DNA of 64,000 nucleotides from contig MGVC01000005.1 of assembly GCA_001800285.1 (NCBI GenBank), positions 18,476 through 82,475 of the forward strand, given 5' to 3'. The DNA comes from Elusimicrobia bacterium RIFOXYA2_FULL_39_19. Lineage in GTDB: Bacteria; Elusimicrobiota; Endomicrobiia; CG1-02-37-114; XYA2-FULL-39-19. Each line of letters begins with the position of its first letter. Positions within the stretch are counted from its first letter, which is position 1. Below are positions 8,187 to 20,100 of this stretch, piece after piece. The position numbers and the translations under genes were made by a program. A model generated the notes under the pieces. That model ran no database searches. It was given only the letters and a program-made list of their open reading frames with translations, and was not told where the DNA came from.

Positions 8187-11100
8187 TTTATTATCCCCAG
8201 CTTAAATACTTTTCTCTCTCCCGTGCTTGACACAATAACCGCCAGATACCCGCCGCTTGCTAATTCAGAGCCGTTATTATTTTTTACATCCCAGTTAAAT
8301 GTACCGGATGATTCAATATAACTGTCAAAAACCAGTTCACCGCTTACCGTATAAATATATATTTTTACCGCTTCCGTAAGATTTTCAAATACTATACCGG
8401 ACTGCGAATTGCCCTGGCTGTAGGGAATACCGTTATCATCAGCACCGTCATAAGGCACATACGGGTTCGGATAAACCAACACATTATCAAGGTTATTTGA
8501 AGCAGCTGCAAATATACCAAAAAGGCTGAAATGGCCTACTTGTATAGATGCCGTATTATTAATTTTGTCTACTGTTGTTTCCGAATCCTTTTTCCAAATA
8601 CGGGATGATTCATCATAATAAAGGATTTTTATATTTTCTTCCCGCATATCCGTATCATCAATTATTCCGTCATTATCTTCATCTGCGTAAGCTATAATTA
8701 TAGTTACATTTTTCAATAAGGTTTTCTGCCCGCTTGCCAATTCAATACTTCTGAACATTCCCGCGGATTTATATTTCCTGTCTGATGACGGAATTGAAAG
8801 CGGGTTAATGGCTACTTTTACCAAATCAAAAGAACCGGAAAGAGCCCCCTCCGGGATAATAATTTCGGTAAAATGTTTTTTATTAATATCAGCTAACTTA
8901 ATGCTGTTTTCTACATTGTTATATATTTTCTGTGTTTTTTCCGGGACCCCATTTTGTATTTTTTCTTCCATATCAGGGCTTATTCTGTCAATGACTACAT
9001 TAACCGTTTCCGGATTATTGTCATAATTTCCTGTCTTATCATAAGCTACACACCTTAACTGATAATTCCCCTGCAAGAAATCAGATTCATTGCTTACATC
9101 CCAAAAATAGTTATAAGGGTATGTTGCATCCGGATTGGTAAACAACGAACCAGTAGAATAAATATTATGCCATTCATCCTCAGAAGCCTTCCTGTACTGG
9201 AAATAAACATACCTGATATCAGAACTCTCACCTGATGTTATCTCGCTGGTCAACGTTATCCTGTTGCCGCTTATTTTCTCGCCTTCTTTAGGCGCTGTTA
9301 TTTCAACCTTTGGCAAATCCACATAGTTTGATATATTTGTTATCCTGAATTCTGAAGACTTATAAGGAAATGTATTGTTTTTATCTGAAACCATAGTCTG
9401 GGGCACAATAGTCAAACCGCTAAACTCTTCAAGCCGTATACCGGTATAATCATTTTCTGTTGAATTCATTGAAAGATCTGTATAACCCACATCTCCTACA
9501 ATATATAGTTTTACTTCAGCGGTTGATATATAAAGACCGGTTGATTCTATTGATAGACTTGCCATTCCTGAAACGAAATTCATGTTTGGATTGGCTCCTG
9601 TTGAATGTGGAATGGATGAAATAAATACATCAGTTGTTGCATCAAATTTTCCATCACCATACGGAAAAGCAGCACTGGTTGCCTCTTTCCAGATACTCAG
9701 GCACGAAAAATCACCCTGGCCCTTTCCCGGAATAAGCGATGTTTCTACCGTACCTGTTTGTTTAAGCGTTATATTGGTAAGTAAAGCATGGTTAGTATTA
9801 GTTTTCAGCCGTAATAACATAAGCGGAACATTTTTGCTTCCATATTTCGTATATACAGGGGCATAATTTTCTGATTTTACAATCAGCCCTATAGGGGTTA
9901 CCGGGAGCAGGCTGGTTTTACAGTAATCAAAACTTGTTGAATTGCCTAACTGTACGCCGGTATTGGTTTCAAGTACCAATAATGGAGAAACATCGTGCGG
10001 CAATCTTAACTTTATCCAGCCGCTGTCTGGAATTTTCAGGCCTATTGTATTTCCAGCAACCGCATTATCACCCATATCGTAAGCTATGAAATATGTTTGA
10101 TTTGATGGATTAAGTTTCTGTATGTTTGTCAGATAAATCATTTTTGTTTTGCTTAAATCATTGCTTAAATCAAACATATCAACTTTTTTAATTAAATCAC
10201 CGGAATTTAATTGTTTTCTTACGGTACCGTACTTCCCGCGTTCAACTATCCTTAAAAACGGTTTCGGCCCTGTTGGCGTAATTGTAGTTCCCGCCAGGGA
10301 ATACCTCATAATCTCATCGCCTGCTTTTACAAGCAGCTGCTGTTGCCCGGTAGGGAAAGTTCCTGTAAGAGTAATCGTTGACTCAACTATCAAATCAAAA
10401 GGCAGTGGTGTATATATTGAGATATAATTATAGTATACCCCATCGGAACATAACGAACTTATTTTTGTTTCTGCCTCTGAGATGCACTGGTCATCGGCGT
10501 CAAGAATGTTGTTGTAGTTTGCGTCTCTAAATATTTTTATATACTTCACATCAGAGTTTCTTCCCTCCGGTTTTGTCTGGTCCAAAGGGCCGCCTGTGCC
10601 GGTACGCTCAACCTGAATAGCGTCCCAGTTACAATTGGATTTATCGGTACGCAGTTTTAGCCTCATCATTTCTACGTTTGACTGGGACTGAAATGCACCG
10701 CTTGCAAAATGCACGTAATAAGCGCTGTCTGATACAGTAGCAGATACAGCAACCTGAACTTCCTTTATTTCTGCTGTCTGAGTTATAAACGGAGCTGTAG
10801 GCCAGAGAAATTCTACACCATCCGGAACCTGTACAGTAAAATATGTTTTGTCCAGAATACTGGCTCCTACTGTTTTACTTATTTGGGCAAATTGGCTGAT
10901 ATCATAAGTTAAATAGTATGTCTGTAGTGTAGCGGTTATGGTTCTGGCGTCATAATAGTTGTCTTCTGTTTTAAGCAACAGCGTGGCAGCCTTTTCAGTG
11001 AACGTATCACTGCCATAAGTTATTAGGCCGCAAGGCTGGCTGTTTATCATAACTGTTGATTCAAACACGCTGTATTCAGAAGTAGATGTAATTACTTTCC

Positions 11101-14100
11101 AGATTTTAATCTTACTCACATCAGCATCTACTCCTGTCCCGGTTAAATTAACTTTTATGCTTTCCCATAAAGCGGTATTTCTATTTGTTTTCATTGACAA
11201 TTGTATTACTGGTACATTTTCTGCATAACGTTCTACAGTACTCATTAATTCTGATGAGGGGGTTATATACACAGTATCAACGGTTGCTACAATCGGCATA
11301 TTAGCAGTTTTTATAGGAAAGGCAGGTATCTCACCTAATCCAATAGGCACATAAGTTGATACTCTGTGCCGCATCTCTTCTGACGGATGATTTACGCCTA
11401 TTTTGTCCTCTCCTGTTATTTCTGCGCCAATTATTTCATTTTGCCAGGAAATAAGCGGATGAGAGAATTTAGCCGACGGGCTGACATCATAAGTTATGAA
11501 ATATGCCGTTGGCGTGGTAGTAACAAGTATATAACCCCTGTTAATTGCCGGGTCATTTAAGTAAAGGCGGCCTCTGGAATTATCATAAACGCCTGAACCA
11601 ACAAGCGTGTCAGCAGTTACAATTCCCCTGTATTCAGGTGAAGCAAATCTATCCAGCCTGCTGTTTCCATTATCATCACGGTAAACTTTTATATTTAGTA
11701 AATCACTGTCTGCACCGAATAATAAGTATGACGGCGTGGTACGGGTTATGGTAATGGTACCCATTTCCACCTGAAAACCGTCAGCCCATAAATCAAGTTT
11801 CTCTACTGCAAAGTTTTTCACTCCCTGAGTTACCTGCACGCCAAAAACTACACCCGATGAATGACTGGCAGCAAAACTGCCCAGAACACCACGGGTAATG
11901 CCTGTAATAGAATTTGCTGTTTTTCCCGTGTATTTTATAATTTCACTTTCTATAACTGCATAACCGCTTGCAGGAATTGCCAGTGTTGGCGTAGGACGGC
12001 CCAGGGAATCATTTGAAAACAGATAAAGGACATCTGCGCCTGCACTTAAATTTCCACTTAACCGCGGAACCTCGTAGGTTGAAAGTGTGCCTGTTTCTTT
12101 TGGGTCATCATCAGAAAAAATCGGGGCTGATTTTACAAATATAGTCCTGGGTGATGATGCTATTGTTTTTAAAGTGCTTTTCCAGGGAAGGCCGATGTCA
12201 TCCAGATTATCGGGTTCTGATATGAAATCATCTTCGGTTTGAACGAGATTATCTTCATCTGTCGGGAAGCTTTCTGCTGTAAGTCTTACACCAAGGTTTT
12301 TTGGGTCACCGGTTCTGGGGTTAGTGGTTAATGCAGTTTCGCTGATATCGTAAGTTATAAAGTATCTTTGCGATTTTGCTACTCCGGCTCTGGCGGCAGT
12401 AATTATTTCCTGTACCTTACTTGAATTAAATCTGATAAGGGTTGCTAACGCATCGCCGGCATTACTGAATGTTCCAGAACCTACCAAAACATCATAGTCT
12501 GTGCCTGCATAAAAATAAGGGGTTACCGGACTTTTATTTAACATTCTGTCATTATTTGCGTCATACCAGACTTTAACTACCGGTACTTCCTCCTGCACGG
12601 CGCCGCCATCGTAAGAGGCTGTACCGGTGGAATATATTCTGATTGCATACCACAAAGCTTCAGACAAATCCGTTTCCAGGGTAAACTGCGCCATAACATT
12701 ATCTACTGAACCCTGAACTAAATATTGTGTATAAATATAATCAGTTGGTTTCACCAATACATCATCAGGATATTCTTTAACCTGTGACACGTAAGATTCA
12801 GTCCACCCTGTTGCCGCCCATTCAGTGCCAATCCACTGGTTATTTCTAGGGCTTCTTAAACCTACCTGTGCCTGCACATTGCCCATATAATCCGGAGAAT
12901 TGATGGTGAAGTAACCGGTTGATGGAATTTCCACGCCCAGTTTAAGCGACGCATCTACCGTACAAACAGGGCTGTAATCAAAGGTAATAAAATAATTTTT
13001 AGGTGTTTGCCGGATTTCCTGCACCCCACTAACGTCACCTACTATATCCAGCCGTGCCGGGCCAGACACAATAGCTCCGCTGGTATGGGATTTAGCGGTA
13101 GTTTTATCCTGCCCGCGGACAACACCTGTAAACAAATTATTATCTTCATCAACCCCGGTATAAGTAACTATTTCAAGTTTTGACGGGTCCCCGTTATCAT
13201 CAATAATTAATTTACCCGGCGCCTTAGGCACAGAACAAAATGGCGGGAAGAAAACCCCAATATCAGCTACCTCAATTACACTGGCAGACTCATTAATACT
13301 TTCAGCTAATTCTGATACAGGAAACTCCATAAGTGAAAATTGCGGGTTCTGGTCAACCACCATCGAATCGGTAACTTCGAACATTCCGTCATTGTTGCTG
13401 TCATACCACAGCTGTATTTTATCTACATCTGTAGGCAGGCTGAGTGTTCCTTCCGGCACGCCTGATGTGGCATTTCTGTATATAGACCTATCAAGTTTCA
13501 GTCCGCCCCACAGGCCGGTTCTCTGAACTGTTGCCATGGTAAGTTTCATTACCGTTATGTTTGCATCACCCTGGGTTACTACCCCGGTTACAGTAAAATT
13601 CACGCTGGATACACTGGTTTCCTGTTTGTTTACGTTATAAACATTCAGTTCATCAACTGTGGCTGTCACTACAACTTTGGTAGATTCAATAGAGGCATAA
13701 GACTGCATAGCACCTTCTAATAAGGTTATGCCGTTTATCTGGGCACCGTGCGTATAACCGGGAGTAGCGGAATTTTCAATTTTGTAGGTTATAAAAAAGT
13801 ATCTGCTGGTACAATCAATTAACTGAGGTGTTGAAAGCATACACTGGGCGCTTCTGTCTGTAAACGGTACCCAGTTTGTCAACGCATCATCGCCTCCGGG
13901 TTCTAAAGCTCCGTTGGGGTTTGAACCAGCATCTATCCTGCCGTCATTCGGGCTGGAATCTTTTCCGTCCATATATATTTTTACGCCTACTATGTCATAA
14001 TCCTGGCCGGTGCCTGTTCTGCCTACTTTTATTTCGCTTATCGCCCCCTGAAACATAGGGGCGCTGAATGCTACCCTTAACATTCCAATATCAGATTCAC

Positions 14101-17100
14101 CCTGCTGCATGTAGGAGTAAGTAATAGGCTGTGTGGTGCCTTCAAGTTGGTAATAAGCGGCAATATCCGTTAACTGCGCATAAACTTTCGGCGGTGATTT
14201 TTCTACTGCCCAGGTGGTGGTAACTATTTCAAAATTGGCCTGGGACACACCAATAGTTCCTGAAGTTTGTATAGACTGGTAACTCTGCAACCGTAACCCA
14301 AAATATGTACCGGTAGTTGCGCTGGTGGCTATGCGCACTGCAATGAAATACGTTTTAGGTAAAGTATTTACTGAAACTTCTGGTTTTACGCTTAAATTTC
14401 TGAAGTACCAGGCGTCAGTGCCCGCATCATACTCAGCATCACAAAGTTTAGTGTCTGTTGGTTGGCCGCCACTTACAAGTTCCGGGTCAAAGTAATAGTT
14501 GCCGCTTGCGTCATAGTAAAGACTCATCTTACTAATACTGCTGGAAGGCGTATTGCCAAATTTTTCTACTTTTATCTGTTCCAGTTTTTCTGTAAGATTG
14601 GCTTCCACAGGCAGGGTTACCATAGTAAGTCCGGCCATACCAAACGGCTGGAAGTTTTCTACAATATCCCCGTCACCCTGATACACTTTCTTAGAAATAA
14701 CTCTTGATAGATAATTAGAACCTCTCAACAAATTTTCCGGGTCTAATATCGGTGTTACTTTTATGCCTGAAGTTACCAGGTTCGCATCTGAATGTGCTGT
14801 TTCAACTCTTGTGCTGTCATTAGTCCAGCCGTACACTACACCATCCGCAGGATAATCCAGCGCCTGAGTAACAGGAGATGCATAATGAGTAGCGCTGATT
14901 TTTAGTGATTCCTGCATCTGGTTGATTACCTGCAACCCCTGCCAGACACCGCTGTCACTTTCTGTATAAGCATAATAGGTTGCACTGCCGGGCATAGCTC
15001 TTAGTGTTACTGCGGTAGTGGAGCCGGTATGTGCAAACTTTATTATACCTTTATAATACTGACCGTTGGTGCTATCGCCGGATGCCACATTACCAAACCG
15101 GTCTCTGGCTTTTACGGTAACCGTGCCGTTTGAATTTACCGGCAATGGATTTGTTAAGGGATAACTGTGGTGAATTGTAAAAAACCTTGCAGGAGCAGGA
15201 GTGATATACTGGTTCTGTGTTGCAGATACTAACTGTATTGAACCGCAGGTTCCCTCAGCTCTCAATGTACTGGTACCGGCTTTTGTATCAAAGAAATATA
15301 TGGAATGCTCTGAAGAACCCGGGGGTATAATACCCGGCAGGAAACCGCCCTCGCAAATACTGGGCCAGTCAGCGCTAAGCATTAAATTTTTTAAAGGGTT
15401 TTCACCGGCACGGGCAGAAGTTGAATTTGTACAGGTATAAACTATGCTTGTAGCATCAGAAGAAATAGTAACATTATCTGACTGGTCCCTTAACTGGATA
15501 GTTATCACTGTAACGGTTTGAACACGGTTTGAATAAGAGCTTAATGGAACAGGTAAAACGGCTGATGAAAACGGATTGTAGCCTTGCACGGAATATGTAG
15601 AAACAACACTTCCTAAATTTCCGGAGCCGGTATACGCAATGGTTGTACCAGCAATTAATCTTCTTGATTCCGTTATAAAAACAAAATGATGGGGGTTCCC
15701 CGCAACTACTGAATAAGTCTGCACAGCTACAGCCCAATCTGTCTTTGCCGGGTTCTGCGCAGTTATTTGAAAATTCCCCAGATTGGTATCTATCATGTAA
15801 AAACTGGTGGTGTCATCACCTATATTTAACGTAACAATATCAACCGCAGGTTTTGCTACCCACCCGGAAGTAATATTTGGCGAAGCAAACCTCACATTCC
15901 CTGTACCGGTAGAATTAAGGTCAAAGATACTCATAACTTCTTCACCTGTAATTACCGGTGACGGGTTGGAAAACTTGTCCTGTGTCTGCAGTAAAAAAGC
16001 TGATGATGTAGTACCGGCCGCCAATATCTGATGAGATGATATTATGGCCAGTTTCTTTATTGGTGATGCCGTTATCGGTACGTATTGGCCGGAGCCCGGT
16101 GTTTCCCAACTTCCGCTTGAAGCTTTTACATGAGGCATGGTGGAAGCAGCAATATTATATGGCGGATAAGTTTTTGATGCTTTTGTATCTGCATACCAGA
16201 ACTGGGTGGCATATTGGCCGGCTGAAATTGAAGCCGTTGAGGTGTGCATCCACGGTGAAGATGTAAGTGAGAAGGAATAATTTCTGCCGTATTCCGTAGT
16301 GGCAATAGTATCCACTTCGCTTTCAAACGTTAACCTGTGCAAATAATCTATGCGCAATGAATTACCTGCCCCGGAATCACTCTGCAGGTTCATGGTAGTG
16401 TCTACGTTTACAGCTTTCGGGTTGCCGTAAGTATCCTGTGTTTCTATTTCAAGCACCTGCAAGCTATTCTGGTTGTTATAAACTATACCCGCCAGTAACG
16501 GCAGTGTGGTTGAAGGAATAACATCAAAACCTACCTGAGTTATAGCGCCCGGGTTTACATTAAATGTTGTTGAACCAACATAGATACCATACTCAACAGA
16601 AGCTGTCCATTTACCTATTGACGGACGCGCAGGCAGAGCGGCGGTAGCCGTGCCCTGAGAACCGTCTTCGCCTGCAGGCCATGAAGCATACATATCTGAA
16701 TACCTGAATGATGCCTGTGAATTGGCTGCAGGTACCGGCCATACTGCCGCGGACCATATAGGTATAGCTACATCATACATGCTCAGCATAGTATCGGTAG
16801 TTTTATTCCAATATTTCTTCTGTGAATTTAGTACAGAAGGTGAATCAGTTTTCAGCTGGGTGCCGATAGAAAGAGAAACTATGTTTGTTTCACCCGTCGG
16901 GTTATTCCAGTAATCGCGTTTTTCAAAAGTAAATACGGTAGATTTTATGTTACCCGCAGAAGCTTCAATGTCTGACGGTGTAGTTACAAACTGGAAGCGG
17001 TATAAATCACCGCCGGTAGTCATAATGTTTACAGATTTACCTGTAATGGTTGCACCCGCAGCGGTAGATACCTGCACCTTGGCATAATGGCCTCCGGTAG

Positions 17101-20100
17101 TGGATACCTCATAGTATAATTCTTTGCCTAGGCCGCCCACTTCACCATTGCTGTCGGTTGTAGTAGAAGTAATTACATTGCCGGAAGCATCTTTTATAGT
17201 TCCTGAAGAACCAAATACATCCACTACACTTAATACCGCGGAAATATTTGAACTTGAAACCTGGTTTTCATAAGAGTCGGCAATAAACGCTTTTACCTGC
17301 TGACGGTTAGGCACGCCGCCGGAGATGCCCGCTTTTACATAGATCGGGTCGGTCCACGGGCTTGGTATAGCAAATGCAAACTTGCTGGGGTCTCCCGGCC
17401 TTACTTCTATTACCGGTCTGTTTGAATATCCTGACCTATTGGCATCTATCAGGGAATCTGTGCTCTGGCGCCAGTTTATCCAGCGGGTACCAGCCTTTTT
17501 TAGTTGAATGGTAAATAAGTGTGAACCGGCATCTGCGTCAGTAAACACATAGTGTTCTCCGCCGCTGCCGGGTAGAGGTTCTGGATTCTGCAGTGAATTA
17601 TCAAAGTCCGTAGGAGCAATTTCTGCCAAGAACTGCACTTCACCGGTGTATCTGGTGCTTCCGGTAGAACATATATTGTGGTATCTGTCTTTTACATTTA
17701 TTCTTACATTGTAATCTGAACCAGCATAAGCCCAGGTAGAGCCGCGCACAGGGTCAATATAGCTTGTACCCTGCATGTAGTAGGCGGCGTCCGGCCATAT
17801 TCTTATCTGGCTGGATTCTTTAGAAGTATATTTTACAGCCGCGGTTGACCAGTCAACCGACACGCAGGTCCAGGAAGAAGAAGCAGTCAACGGCCTTACG
17901 CTGAAGGCTCTTGAACCGAAAGCCAAGCACTGTATGGTTGGCTCAGAATCCTGATAATCCCAGGTGGTTACCGTGCAGGAAGGCATATCTACACCTGACA
18001 TAATCCTGTTATACCAGATATCTGTTAATACAACATCTATGTTAAAGGCATCCCCGGCTGTATGCACAGTTGGCTGGGTATCGGTCCTGCCGTAAGGAGC
18101 AATGTTCCATTTTCCGGGAACGTGGGTTTCACCCGGCACCACCACAAGTAAAAATGCCGGCGAAGATGGATTTACTGTAAACTGCCTGCTGCTGACATCT
18201 GTAATATATCTCGGGTCAGAACCATCAACATCCTTGGTCCAGAGCATATGCCAGGTAGCAGCAGTTTTGAGCTGTATTTGAAAAGTATTGCTGGCGCTTA
18301 TGTCGCCGAGTGGTGACGTGGATGAATTGGCATCATAAGGGTCATTGGTTTCTACCGTCACTTCAGGCATGGTTATTCCGGGTAGTGACGGAAATATTCC
18401 TTTATTATAAGTATTGTAGTAGTTATCTACTAAGTTTACTGTTACTTCAAACACAGTACCGGCAGTCTGGGTTACCGGAGAACCTGTTTTACCGTTAGCA
18501 GTGCTAACATTTAAACCCCATGCCGGCGTTTCACCAGGAAGTATTATCTGGAGATGGTTCGGAGTGCCCGGTAGTACAGTGAAAGTGGATACGGTATAAT
18601 CCGGTGCACTGTTTGGATATTTTGTATAAGTACCATAAAGTTCTTCCGCAACTGCATAGTGGTAAGTGGCGGCACGTTTTAAACCAGTAGTGAAACTGGC
18701 TGTCTTGTAACCCGGGTCTGTACCGGTAATTGTTATCTGAGCTGGTTCTACATTATAAGGATCCGTAGGAGTGTATAGAACAATGGTTCCCTCTGCACCG
18801 GATACAATATTGAAGTTGCTGTCTGTAATGGCCACAGTAACATCAAATGGGGCACCAGCGGTTTGTTGTGATGGACTGCCTGTTTTACCATAAGGTGAGT
18901 TCATGTCAAAGTTTTGGCCTGGTAAAAGAACCAGAAGTTTTGAAGCTGTGTTGCTAACAACCGGGACCTTTGAGCTGGGCTGGGAATTAACCATAATTCC
19001 GGGATATCCCTCACCTTCCACCCAGCTAAATGCCGACATTCTTATACGCCAGCCGGTATTGCTGGATGTTGAAAAAACCCATTTTTCAGAATCATCTAAA
19101 ATATATTGTCCGTTTGAAACCCATATACTTCTCCCAGTTACCTGCGGGTCGTTAGGGTCACCGTCTGCTCCATCAGACATAAGTGTTAGAGTAGGATTTT
19201 CATCAGTCTGGTTATAACATTGGTCCAGGCATAAAACAGTTGTTTTAAAACCCACACCAGCAACCTGTGCTGTTGGGTTGGAAGCTTCCGTTTTTCCCGG
19301 TTGAGAGCCGGTAACTTTACCGTCAACATGGGTTTCACCCGGTACCAATATCTGAATTCTGTAGGGAACATTTGTAGTAATGGCTATGCTCTGGGTATAA
19401 TCATATTTATAATTACTGCAATAATCTGTAGTTGCTGTGATGATAGTATTTTTCTTTGTTACAAGCGTAATGCCAAATGTCGTAGTCCCGGAAAAAAGAG
19501 TTTTTGTACTGGGGTGCGTGTCATATAAATCATCGGTAATTATGCTGACATTTATTCCGGTAGTAGTTACTGAATTGTAATAGTCATCACATGCATCTAC
19601 GGTTACATTAAACGATTCTCCCGCTTTATGGCTGGTTGGATAATTATTGGACATTCTGCCTCTTGTAGAAATATTACCGGCATCCGGTAATTCCCCTGGA
19701 GCAAGAATTCTCAATCTTTTAGCACTTCCTGGAATTATGTTAACAATATTTGAATCATATGTACCCAGGCTTCCGGTTGCCCTAACTGTCCAGGTGGAAG
19801 CAGTATTCATCATTACGTTATTCCACACATTCTGTCCCATAGTTAAGCCCTGGCTTCTGGAATAACTACAATAAGGGTCTGTTACCGTTACAGACACCCC
19901 TCCCATTACAGCAGTGGAACATAAGTTATAATAATTATCCGTAACACGCACAGTTACAGGAAACACTACACCAGCTGTCTGAAAACTAACGCTATAATTT
20001 TTTCCTCCGGTTCCGTCACCAATTGGCTGCTGGGTTACATTTTCTCCATAAGGAGGCTTGCCGGGAGCAGGCACTTCATTCGGCAAGATTACATGGTAAC

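Noticed and set aside
8808-19865. Numerous short plus-strand ORFs inside 8183-20917
   Set aside because: All are antisense to the uninterrupted 12.7-kb giant ORF. They have low-complexity translations and no RBS.
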